DNA of 63,852 nt, filler included, from Choristocarpus tenellus KU-1152 (taxonomy: Eukaryota; Protista; Phaeophyceae): NCBI GenBank assembly GCA_964200185.2. It is 10 parts of 10 records of this genome, joined end to end, with 100 filler letters (N's around TTAATTAATTAA, not from the genome) between each part and the next. Parts side by side here need not be neighbours in the genome. Positions count along the whole stretch, not along the records: positions 20,981 to 28,096 come from CAXNAD020006667.1; positions 28,197 to 37,735 come from CAXNAD020003595.1; 8 more parts are not named here. One strand, given 5' to 3'. The notes below the pieces were generated by a model. That model saw only the letters and a program-made list of their open reading frames with translations, did no database searches and was not told the origin of the DNA. Below are positions 25,766 through 37,835 of the stretch, piece after piece (position 1 is the stretch's first letter; the number at the start of each line of letters is the position of its first letter). Both the position numbers and the translations under genes were made by a program.

Positions 25766-27189
25766 AGGTAGTTGGCCAATTTGAGGGTGTACCCTCCAAC
25801 TGTCTCACCCTTACGTCTTCAGATATGTTCCCTTCACTTTCTTCTCCAGCACCACTTGCATCAGTGAGGGGGGCGTGGAAACCTGTCGGGTACCCTCCTC
25901 TCTTCGGAGGTGGTCGCTTGATGTAGGTAGCACTCAGAGGTGCGCACATCGCTAGGAGGGGAGGGAACGTAGGATCCACAGTAGTGCACATATTACAGCA
26001 GTATAGATTAAATGTACGAGATCATATATTTGTACGTATCTCGAAGTCAAGCATCCACACCTTTGGACCTATGCAACGAGATGATCTCTCCCATTGTGTG
26101 TACAAGGAGAGAGTGCCCAGATAATGTTCATTCGCCCTATTTGGGGGTTTTGATGGATCTTGAAAATATACACAAAAATTAAGAATACACCGCGTTAATG
26201 CGGAGAGATAAATTTCTATTCTAATACTGTTCTATCTACCGTAGTCCTATTCCTGTGTGCTGATTGCTAATTCATTGATTACTTTGACTTCAATACTAAA
26301 CTTCGAATCTTCAAGGTAGTCGTAGCAAGGGTTCCTTCAACAATTTTTGGGTTTCAAAATATACGTGTTTTTAAAGTATCTTGAATAAAGTATGAAAAGA
26401 ACTGAAAGTTTTTAATGACTACAAATGATATATTTCGATATGACACACCCTCTATCATTTTGTCATTCTTAGGATTTCGGGTACATGATGTCATATATCC
26501 AGAACCATTTGCGTTATAGAAGGTCAGAGTCGGGGTGAGAGTTTGAACAAATCTTGACGTTCTCTTTTCAAGTCGTTCAACCTCACTCAACCCTCAATCC
26601 AATCATATTCATGAACCCTGAAGGGACCCGTTAAACTTCCACTGATCACTTTCAACTAGGAAAAAGGGGAAAAGGTTTATAGAGTTTTGTGACGGTTTGA
26701 TTACGAGTACAGTATTAGTACTGTTATTGTAATGTTCAACGAATGACATGATACAACAAATTTGTTTTTGGAGTAGGTAATTATCATTCTGCCTCTACCT
26801 CAATCAGAGAAAGGGCAACATGATTGAACAGGTCAACCCACTTCCATAACCAAGGTTACCCCCACATTGGAACTCTACGTTCGGAATTAACTTGTAATCT
26901 GCTTTAACCCGTCTCCTTAACATCCGTTGTTCTAAAAAAGAAATAGTTACTTTTTCCTTTCCCTTTTCCCCATACTCCAAATCCACCCCCACACCCCCCT
27001 CCCTCATTCTCTCAATAGCAACGAGTTTCCTAACAGCCCCGCTCACCCCCCTTCTCCTTTTCAGTAGAACCTATCTCTTCCTTTTATCCGGACCACTCCA
27101 GTCTAGCTCAAAAAAGTCTTCTAAGACTTCTGGTCACCCCTACTCTTCCCAAGAGTCTCGCCAGCTGATCTTACATATTTTATTATTAT

Positions 27190-27290
27190 ACCCTTTCACA
27201 TTTTACAGATTTATCAGGGGAAAAATCAACAAAAAATATTCACAACCCTAAAAAAGTAACAGGTGTCATAAATGTGAAAACATTCATCTC
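27190..27290 (-). repeat. Fragment of the CRE-type element 3' UTR
   Basis: Reverse complement resembles 54125-54240 and 41210-41310 (ttcacatttatga..tgttactttttaggg..aaatctg.aaaatgt). Confidence 0.6.
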
Positions 27291-28056
27291 ACATATAATA
27301 TTCTCCCCCTCTCTTGTCGGTCCTTCCTGAAACACACAATATCTGGAAATACCTTCGATCATTTGCTGTGCCTTTATCTCTCATTTTATCACTTCCTCGT
27401 TCCAACCTCGACGTTTTTTTGTATCACAATCTTGGAGTACCCAGTATTACAATAGTAATGTTTGTATTTATAATCTCATGTGCCTCACGTTTTCAGTGCT
27501 TCATTTTCCCTGTTCCATTCTCATCCTTGGAGATCCATACAGCCAACACTATCCCAACTCTGTGTAGTAGCAAACTCTCTAACCTACTCCCTTACTTCTA
27601 ACTCCTGGACCTCCCCCTTCTTACCTTTGGACCTTGACCACCCACTCCAGACAATAGTAACCCCTCTTGCTTCTGTTACCTGACCTTGATCATACTCTCC
27701 TTTGAACCCTACACTTCTTCCGGTTTCCCTACAATTACTTGTACTTTCTCCACTTACGCCCTACTTCTCCCAAGTCAGGTTCAGCATCCCAATACTCGTT
27801 GGTACAACTCCGCCCTAAGATCTTGCGCTGGACCTGACTTCGAGTTGCCACCTTGTCCTTTGTTCAGTGTTTTTTGGAATGATGATGGACAGGATTGTGC
27901 TATTTACAATTCGTTGTGCTTGGCACATGAATTATATATCATCAAAGCTAGATTTCCGTGAAAAGAAGTCTGGCCTCAATGGGGCTCAAACGCCTAAAAA
28001 AACATGCAAGGAAGAACCTCCTTATCTATGGAAGATGGCTGGTCCAAATTCTCTTT

Positions 28057-28096
28057 GGCTCAAAGTATCTGGGAGGGGGTGGCGGCTGTCCATTTG
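28057..28096. mobile_element. MITE family B terminus, cut by contig end
   Basis: ggctcaaagtatctgggagggggtggcggctgtccatttg matches the ends of 36784-36965 and 55339-55519. Confidence 0.7.
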
Positions 28097-28342
28097 NNNN
28101 NNNNNNNNNNNNNNNNNNNNNNNNNNNNNNNNNNNNNNNNTTAATTAATTAANNNNNNNNNNNNNNNNNNNNNNNNNNNNNNNNNNNNNNNNNNNNATCC
28201 TGCCGATATTACCAACAATATCTGGCGGCAGCAGCTAAGAAACTGCCCTTCCATCGTTTACGTGTGCGAGGGCGGGGGGGGGATCATGCCTCCCATAACC
28301 TGTGTTTCCTCGCCTCCTTCTGACACAGACGACACTTCAAAC

Positions 28343-28445
28343 TACGATGATGGCTCGTACTACGATGATGGCTCATACTACGATGACGGCTCATACTACG
28401 GTGATGACTCATACGATGATGATGACTCGTACGATGATGATACTA
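28343..28445 (+). repeat. 18-bp minisatellite (tacgatgatggctc[ga]tac), translatable as YDDGSY repeats
   Basis: About 5-6 degenerate units within ORF 28262-28456. Confidence 0.85.
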
Positions 28446-30151
28446 CCTCGACCTAAGCTGATGCCTCGGACTACAACAAATCTTTAGGCGATGGTGATGA
28501 CTACTCCTAGGCGATACTGGTTATTCTTAGTCAAGCTCTTCCCATGACTCCTGTGTCAGCCGTCAAGTATGCATAATATCCGTGAGAGAATGGAGGAAAG
28601 GATAAATTGTTGAGTGCATGTACATGTTTCACTCATTCTATTGGTAGCCTGGTTTTATCGTAGGATGTGATAGCTACTTGGTTGTGAGCCACAGTTTTGT
28701 CCCCAACTTTGGCGGAGCGTCTAGAAGACTGGTGATGATTGAGCGCCTCCATCATATTGGCTGCTTGTTGGAAAATGTGTGAGGTCTTCAACAATGAGGA
28801 TGCTTTGATTTGTTCAAGTACGTAGGTCTCGGGCTTTTGTGATAGAGCATGAATTCTGCGATGGATTTTGAGGTTTGCCACCTTTGTAGTGAGCAGCAAA
28901 AAACAAAATTCTAGAAGCGATGAAAAAGGTACAATTACTGTATTATAGCAGTCAACACAAATGCATATTAGGTGTTTCAATCAATTGTACCTTATCTTGG
29001 CAACTCATTTAATGTCATTGTGATAGGATCTCTTCTTGCTGTCTTAAAGCAACTTCACAATCGCTGCTCTTTTCTCACCTAACGTCTGGTTCTTTCTTCA
29101 GATCATCTTAGACATCCTGACCAATCCATGTGTCTAGTGTATGACTGTTAGGGCTCTGCCTGGGAAATTCAAATCGAGGTCTTGGTTTCACCTTTCTTCG
29201 AGATCCCCAAGTCAGAAATTTCCTTCAATGTGATGTTTTAATTGACCATTTTGAGTGTGCTTTTCACAATTGTGAACTCATTTTGAAGAAATTTGTTGAT
29301 GGGTATGAGTTAAATGTATAGCGTTCAATCAATATTGCATTCCTGCCAAGACGTAGTATAAGTGGGGTATATGTTTTTTTTCGGGGTGCTTTGAGACCAA
29401 AGACAATCGCAACTACAGCATGCTCACGCCACAAAAACATTTTGTGGCCTCTGCAGGTACCATTCATACCTGAAAGTTGCACACCTCCGTGGTTGGACAA
29501 TATTTTAGGCCAATCATCTCTTGTCTGAGTCCTTGTCAACCTCTCCTTTCAGAATCTGTCAGCGTATTGCGTGCGCTCAGGTCTGCATCTATTTCGCATG
29601 CATCCCTTCCTTACTGAGAGGACGCTATGGTAGTGTGCCGCTAACATAAAACCCAATATCGCAGGAGGTCAGCACTTGAATGTTGGTTGATGTTATAGAG
29701 TGGAGGACCTTACCATACCAAAGAGTTTACTCTCGATTCCTGTCCCATACTAAAACATTTCTGGACTTCCAGCCAATGATTTTTTTTTCTTCTCTGATTA
29801 CATGAACCTTACTACTTTGAAGTACTAGGGTTCTCCAAGACAGCTTGGAGAGTCTACACCCCCCGTAGCAAAAATTACCCTGTGCGACCACTAGTCTGTG
29901 TATACTTCAAACCCATTAGGATACCATCGAGAAAAAACAAAAACCAATTTAAAGGAAAAAACCATAGAACTCAATATATACATATCCAACACCTCGAAGA
30001 CAAAATTCAAATTCAACAAGAAACAACTGCTACTGCACGTAGGCAGGCAAGTTCAGGAAAAACTCAGCATAACTCAAGAAAGGCTCTTTTTCCTTAACCC
30101 TGATAAGCATATCTTCATACTGTGGATCTGATCTGATAGCTACCAAGTCCG

Positions 30152-31110
30152 TCAAAATCTCACATCCAAGCGCTTCCTTCTGTCTGAATTGCAAAGCAAC
30201 TTCCAGAAAAAGAATTCCTTAATGCAGTCGCCTATGGCTATGTACTCCTTCCTCTGCAGTGGACTGAGCAACCACCCCATGCCGAGTCCTACAGGGTGAA
30301 GCAACTGCAGTTCCACATACATTATTACACCACCAGGCACAGTAGCTCTGTCAAGTGTTTTTTTTACGAAATCAGCATCAGTGTAAAACATGGCCAAGTC
30401 CACAAGTCCTATCCTGCCACTTTCTTATTGAACGTGTGACCTTTTGTCCGTGTCCCTTTTGAAATTTGAGAATTTGCGTTACCACACTCCCATGCACTTT
30501 ATTGGTCACGTCTGGTCTGATCGTGTTGCTCACCCACATCAACCCGCCTCCCCCAAAGGGGGTTCCTTCGATACCTTGTCTCCCTCCATGAATCCCGGTA
30601 CTCTGAAGAGCAACAGGGATAGGGCTTGTGGATTGGGTGGGAATGATCGCCCGAACTACCTAGAAAGATAGTCTCCAAGTAATTGACAGGGAGGATACCA
30701 AGTTTCCAGTCTCTCATACACGCGCAACCAGAAAACTGGGACAACAGGCCAAGGTTCTTGAGGAATTCGTTGCTGAGGGAGCTACAAAGAGCATTTCAGT
30801 AATTGGTTAAGGCCAGAACCACCATATCATCCGTCTCAAAAGAACATAACCCCTACTACTGACCACGACCTTCAAAGCAACTACTCTAGCTTTAGCATCC
30901 TTAGTCATCCCATGAGGGTCATTCTTCAACTTGAAGGGCTAAATCGAGCAGTTACCTTGAGCCCTGGTGCTAGCAAAATTGTTGTGTCTACCAAACTCTA
31001 GTAACTCCTTCGACATTGCCTCCTCCCATACCAGGCAGTATTCTGACTCAAGGGGTTCATGATAAAACTGTTTGTTGGGTCCAAACATGAAACAGACCGA
31101 CATGAAGCTG
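30152..31110 (-). mobile_element. Ty1/Copia RT-RNase H relic
   Basis: Remnants DDMVVLA, WVSNTIRPD, YTDADF....DR..VPGGVI and EYIAIGDCIKE in Copia order, with many disruptions. Confidence 0.7.
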
Positions 31111-31154
31111 GGTACTCATCAACTCGGATTCATCGGTGGATTGCACTGCAGGTG

Positions 31155-31156
<2 letters not shown>

Positions 31157-31190
<34 letters not shown>
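31157..31190. repeat. (TG)n microsatellite
   Basis: Visible dinucleotide run. Confidence 0.95.
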
Positions 31191-31191
<1 letters not shown>

Positions 31192-33135
31192 CTGAGTTCC
31201 TTAATCCGAACAGCCTAGATTGGACATGACATATCATCCTACTCCACTCAACTCTTGCATGTGTTTCCTGTCTTGTCCTCTGCATTACGCAACGTGGCGG
31301 GGGCTAGAAAGAGAATACTTCTACTGATGGGCTGCAGTGTGAGGTGCAGTCAAGACAACTCCTGCCTGGGTCAAGCGCGTTTGACTAAAAAAAAAGACAT
31401 GTCCTATCATATTTCTATGCCATCTTGGACGGCACAGTATCTAAAGACAGACTCATGTCAACCTGGTCTCCCTCCCCGTCACCAGGGTTAGGGTTATCAG
31501 TTACGTTCTCAACAGTATATCTTCCCTCTTCTCACCAAGTGGAGCATATATTCAGCCAAACTATGTTCTTCGTTGCTAAGGGCAGTCTCTCACCTACTCC
31601 GGAGTATTTATTGTTGTGCAGCCTGTCCAAACTTATGTCGCTGCAAGAAGAATCATCAGGTAGGGATGTGGCGGAGAAGCATGACAAACAAACGGATTAC
31701 ACATCTAATGGTGGTCCCTCTGTTGTGGGATGCAGGAGCTCTTATGATCAGCATCAACTCCCCGCCCCCTTTGTCCACCATAGGGGGGAAGCTCTCCAAC
31801 TGGGACAAGAATCGGTTCCTCATGGACATTAAGATGGAGGTGGTGGCAGTGATCACACAGGTTTGGGTTTGAACATGGTATGCAACGTGAAAGACGATAA
31901 TTAAACTCAGGGCCCAGGAAATAACACTATTGGGCCTTGGGAACGGTCTTGCAGGTCCTATGAAGGCAGCAAAAACCAGGTTGAAGAAGTTGGTTGCGAT
32001 GCAATGGTGTAGGTGATCCATACCTCACACGACGATTTACAATCAGGATTTAGACAAGGTGGCTTTTCTCGTTTTACTTGGTTGTAATTCCTTCGTTTTA
32101 AATATAATTATATTGAAACTTTCAAGACCTACCCGTTTCCTGGACCCCCCATCTACACAATTAGGCCATACCATTCTCTCCAACTTCAAATCATTACGTT
32201 GCTATGAAATACTCTGAGTAAAATAAATGGGTCAGGGACATCTGTCCATACAGCCAGGTGGATAGAATGGGAAATGGGAGAGTCTCCTGGGCTTGGATGG
32301 CAAGGCAGCAGCAGCTTGATAATACTGCTCTCCGGGAACAAGATGAGGGGAGTATGATCAGGATGGCTGCAATGACGACCGGTTAGCAGGCAGGCAAACT
32401 GCTCACGACATCGTAAGCCCTACAATAATACTCAACTTGAGTGAATATGTTACTCTATTCATGCTGTACCTCCTGTAGTTATGCGAAGCGAGATGAAGAT
32501 TGAAATCGCATACGGGTGATGGTGGTACTTGGGTACATTCATTTGTTGATGTAGAAGTATTCTACATGCATATATTATTTTTTTGGATTCTTGTGATATA
32601 TTCTTTTTTTTTAAAGGCCAATATACTACAAACCATGCCATTCAGGGAACTCTCTCCAGATGTACATCAATAGTACTCTTTCTTGAGAATCCTTTGCCGT
32701 CATGTGCTACTGTCTATAGCTCAGTCACACTGCATGAGAGATCCTAACTAGGAGGTATAGTTGTTGAAAGCTTAGGATCTTAAAAGGTTCATCACCAAGG
32801 ACTGCTGCTGGGTATATGAGTAGGGTATGCACTGAATAAATATTACCATTGGAGCTGAGCCTTAGTCTTGGCATGTCTTGTATCAGCCTTTATAGCCATC
32901 CATTTGAGTCATCATATCACTACGCACAGTGTTACTACTTCCTCTGTCTCACAAGTCTAGGCCGTTAAGTTGTAGCTCTTCAGGATGACCTCCAATTACA
33001 AGACGGACCTTTGCGTTGGATACCTTGGAATATTTTATAACAGAAAAATATGTCTTGCCATTATTCGACACCTTCAACCCATCAATCCAGGGCCACTGTG
33101 GAGCCCGCTTCATCTTCTTCGACTGATCAAGCCAA

Positions 33136-34440
33136 TCACCTCTCCCACTGCCTTTTATTGGTCCTGGTGTGCTCTACCTCGAAATCGTTCCACCCCAGCG
33201 CCCCTAACACCTGCTTATACCTCTTAAACAGACTCTGCCACACCCTCTTGAGCGTGTTTGTGCCATAGGTGTGGAACATCCTTGAACCCCCCTCTACAAG
33301 TTCATCAACAGTGCCGTAACACACCACCCAAATCCTGCTCTTCAGAGATGCAAAACCCCCCAATGCATTAATGTTGAGATCCGGAAACTGCGTTGGCCGT
33401 GTCATGAGCTTAATGTTCCATCCCTCCTCGATCCCTGCTGTGTTCAGCTTCTGCATCATGCCCTTGCCCGTATGTAGAGTTGAGCCATCCGGCTGTACGG
33501 AGGCCCCCCCTGATTCCATCCACGGCATTTATTCCTTGATCGCTGGTAACAGCTACTCTGTGTACCGCTACAAGTATCACTCAATGTCGAAATGACGTCG
33601 ACCTTGTAATCCTTGCCCTTCGTGTGCCATGCGGCAGTCTGTTGTGCCTCCTTCATGACACAAATCCGCCAGATCCCGATCTTACCGTCTAAATAATGGG
33701 AAGTATCCAGGCGTGAAATGGCGGAGATGAATATTACTTGAGGAATGTGGCTCTTGTGCTGCACCTTTGTCAAGCCCACCTTTTCCTCCCTCAGGAACAT
33801 GCGCACCATATCTCGTTTACAGATGAGGTAAAACCGTACCTCATCAATTTGAATAATGTTGAGGCCAGTCCTGAGTCAAAGTATCTAGGAGGGCATACCC
33901 GCATCCATTTGGGGGTCAAAATCCAATGTTGCAATTTTGATGTAATTTTGGCTATGATGTTTGTTTGGAGATGTCGGTATCCTTGTTTCGGATACACCTT
34001 TTCATAACGTATGCATTTTACCTGCTCCGAACATTTTGGAGCAGGTAAAATGTCATTAAAAACCCGTAGGAAGCCAAGCCCCAAATGGACAAACAGGGAA
34101 AAACTCATACCCTCTAAGATATTTTCACTCTCCTGTAGGTTTTGTGGTTGTGGGAGATCTGGTCGAGGATGAAGTCCACCCTGTTCTTCTTGTTATTCTT
34201 GTGAGAAAACAAAAAGGCTAGGGGAGACGTGCTGCTGAACCCTCATTGCCCTGCTGACTGCGAGGCCTGCTTCGGTGAGCTTGGTGAAAAGTTGGTCGAT
34301 AGTCAGCGTGCGATTACTGACTTTGATTTCCCAGATCTTCGCTTGTTTCGTTGGCATAAAGTCGGCTGTCCAGATCGTGCTTGTGATTTCAGGGAGACAG
34401 TATTTCCCCTGTCTTAACTATTCTTCGATATGCGCACACA
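33136..34440 (-). mobile_element. Degenerate DD39D mariner transposase interrupted by a MITE
   Basis: NKKNRVDFILDQI..KTYR[MITE]TGLNIIQIDEVRFY, KSHIPQVIFISAI, DGKIGIW, PTQFPDLNINALGGFASLK, GWNDFEVEH. Confidence 0.9.
33873..34130 (-). mobile_element. MITE family A, full copy (258 bp), 4-bp TSD TCCT
   Basis: tcct|GAGTCAAAGTATCT...AGATATTTTCACTC|tcct. Confidence 0.92.
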
Positions 34441-35812
34441 CCCAACTAAGGGGTCTCTCTCTAACTCCAAACTCTTTAGTCAATTTAGACCCACACCCCT
34501 CGAGAGCCTCTCATGACCCGGAAGAAGAGCCAATGCGAAACACAGAGAAAGTACGATCCAACCTTCCTCGGTCAGCTCGCAGTTCTTTCCCCAAGATGGT
34601 GGACTTTGTGCTGGGGACAGGAACTGTGGGCGCTCGCCATGGGGGTTGTGAGAGTGTTGTGCGGCTCCACACTGCAGCAGGAACATAAAAAAATGATAAG
34701 AATATCCCCATTCTAGGTTCCATTCTTTCGGAACCATTTCAGAACAGAATTCTCTCTAGAATTCTTGAAATATAGTTTTTAACGTACAATAAAACAAGGA
34801 ATCCAATGCAAACGTCCATTTTGTAATCGGAGATCATCCCGAAGAGCTACAACGTAACGACCCAGACCTACGGGACAGAGGAAGTATATGGTTTATCAAA
34901 ATACCATTAGCATACATGTCGTCATACTTTGTTTTATGCTTGTACCAGTATACAAAACCTAAGCAGATAGGTTCCTGCGACAACAGCTTACTCAATGCAT
35001 TAAAATCTTCCTGTAATGGTGATACTGCAATCCAAATTATTTCAGTTCGACAAGTTCGCCATGTGCACTCACTACCCACACAGTGAACCACACTCTCTAG
35101 GCATATTTGATGTTTGATAGTACAGGGGATGAGTCTAGCACATTTTTTATTCGTCCTACACTGACAAGTTGCGACAATTAGACATTAGATCATCTTTTGG
35201 CTGGGACGAAGACATCTTGAATCTTAATATGCTGGATTGTGGAACAAGGTTCTCAACATCGCGTACCAGAATACAATTGCAAAGAACAAAATAGAACCTT
35301 GCCTTAGAATGCACTTTTGTGTTGTCTGACACTAAGTATCCTTGAGAAAAAAGCAATAAAGCGTCAAGAAACATACTAAATTGATGACTAAAAATAACCT
35401 TAATCGCAATTGTTAAACTCAGGAGTCGCTTGTCTTGCATTAGTCCTTCCTGATGTCCCCCAAATGGGAGGATTTTCTCAGGCACCACACCTAGCAAAGG
35501 AATAACCCTATACACAATTACTTACTCCTGACTATATGCTATGCTATGCTATGCTACAAACATGTGTGGAAGCTGAACAATATTGTCATACGGCATCTCC
35601 TAGTTTCTCCTTGAGCAACAACAGTGACAGGAATAAAGGATAAAGAGCAAATCACCCCATACTTTTAAAAACGAACCTTAGTCAATCGATCCTTGCAGGA
35701 GGCCTGGTCGTCAACCATTAAGTACCTACGACAGAGAAAAGAGGAAGATTGCAATTATAACCTCGACCCATCCTTTTCCCCACCATTCAACCCCCCCATC
35801 CCCATTGACTGT

Positions 35813-36608
35813 TCAATCTAAACTCCCCTCCATGGTTGCCACTCTTGGCTCCCTCGTTCCACTTCCCAAGTGGAAGAGAGTCTGTAGATCTGTCAGACTG
35901 AAGGCCTCTTTTTCGCCGGACCGCGAAGTGAGGCTGCTCAGGAGCACACCCTCTTCATCTTCTTTATTTGGCACATGAAATTCTGCTTCAAGGCCCCTCT
36001 CTTCACCAGGATCCTCACCATACTCTCTCCCACATCGGCCTTCCCCTGGATGTTGAGACCATGCTTCATCTCTCTTCTTTTGGCGCAGTCTGACAAGAGT
36101 TGCATGGAATATATAGATTGTACGGGTAAGCAACACACTAGCAAACACACAGAAATAACACTCACCACGCCACATCCCAATAACCACTTCACTGCATCAG
36201 AATAACCACTTTACCTCAACCTGATCATAGAGCTCCACAAAACGACAAAAATGTCTTGGTCTCAGAAGGCACTAGAAGTCGCAATGTATGGGCGCAGTTA
36301 GTTGTTCACAATCTCTTGCGAGGAGAGATACCAGCAAGTGGGTTACTCAAATTCGGTCATAACAGGGGGTAACACTCTTTAGTGTTGGGGAGGAATTTCA
36401 AATAGAACAAAAAAGAAAAAAAAACGCACAAGGGGACAAAACCAAACCTAACTTACGCCTCAATGTCCTCCTCGATTGTGTCATGAACTACTAGGCGGTG
36501 GACAGCTGTTGCCCGTTGCTGACCCCCCCGGTGCACCCGATTTATTGCCTGTGCCTCCACGGCAGCATTTAGCAGTGGCTCCAGCAGGAACACATGGTTT
36601 GCTTCCAC
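35813..36608 (-). CDS. SHPRH/RAD5-like SNF2 helicase, last two exons
   Basis: Exon 36608-36457 VEANHVFLLEPLLNAAVEAQAINRVHRGGQQRATAVHRLVVHDTIEE (helicase motif VI), spliced in phase to 36089-35813, which contains FSLTDLQTLF near its end. Confidence 0.85.
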
Positions 36609-36783
36609 CTGTTAAGAGGATGGGATGTGATCAAGTCTTGTAGCTCATGCAACAATGGCATTGCATCAAAATGGTGCAACAGTACTTAAGTTATACTTCT
36701 TCAAGGTATACTAGGTTGTGCTTGGTTCTGCTAGTCGAAGTAACTGGCCCATTGAACTGATGTAGAGGTAAGGTATATCATGT

Positions 36784-36965
36784 GACCCAAAGTATCTGTG
36801 GGGAGGGGGGGGGGGGACTACAACAGGGTGTCCATTTGGACCAAAATCAGGAAAGGCGCATTTATGTTATCCATTGAACTTATGCTGCCAAATCAACCAA
36901 AAATCGCGATATGAAAAAATTGACCCCAAATGAACAACCGCCACCCCCCCCAGATACTTTGAGTC
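36784..36965 (+). mobile_element. MITE family B (182 bp), 3-bp TSD TGT
   Basis: tgt|GACCCAAAGTATCTG...CAGATACTTTGAGTC|tgt. Confidence 0.85.
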
Positions 36966-37339
36966 TGTACTCCAATAGAGCATCAGAAAGACAAAGATGC
37001 TTTAATACTAACACGGAGGGTATAGAGGGTGGTGGAACACATTTGTAGCACCACTTTGCCACATGTGACCCTCAGAAAGGTAGGATCACTTTAGCCTGAA
37101 GGTCAGCATCAAAGACAGGCTTCATTGCCAGGGTGTGGAGTATGTCACGTAGGTCATGTCTTGATCACATACAACCTCCGTGCCATAAGTCTGTGCCGCG
37201 TTGTCCATAACTCTTGAAGATGATGAAATTAATCCCTGAAAGAAGATTTGGAATCCTTGATGAATCTCTGGTTAGGGTCAGCTCTTTTTATTATTACTCA
37301 CCATCCATCACAATTTTATCAGGCACAAAAAAGCCTCCA

Positions 37340-37735
37340 TGTCTACCTTCAGCGTGTTTTTACAAGCTCACCAGACAACTGCCTCTTCCTTACCCCTGTG
37401 TGCTCCACACTGAAGTCATTTCCCCCTTTTTATCTAAGTACTTGATTGTACACCACAAGGAGTTGCCAAGCCCTCTCAGGTGCGGTTTCATTATACTCCT
37501 CATACTGTTTCTTAACGACCTTCACATCTCCTCAATGGACTCAAACTACTCCTCAATCACCCAGCATTTCAAATACTTGAAAAAGCACAGGTCCATGATA
37601 TCGAGGTCGGGGGAGTTGGCTGCATCACAAGTCTAATCGACCACCCCTCAGTCTTCCCTGCCCCTGACAAGATTTCTGAGTTGCCCTTGCCTGTGTGGGG
37701 GGTGGCACCGTCTTGCTAAATGACAACATGCTTCC
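37340..37735 (-). mobile_element. Third mariner relic, transposase C-terminus
   Basis: MQP.NSPDLDIMDLCFFKYLK...ERAWQ..YNQVL..KGGNDFSVEHTGVRKRQ across frameshifts. Confidence 0.8.
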
Positions 37736-37835
37736 NNNNNNNNNNNNNNNNNNNNNNNNNNNNNNNNNNNNNNNNNNNNTTAATTAATTAANNNNNNNNN
37801 NNNNNNNNNNNNNNNNNNNNNNNNNNNNNNNNNNN

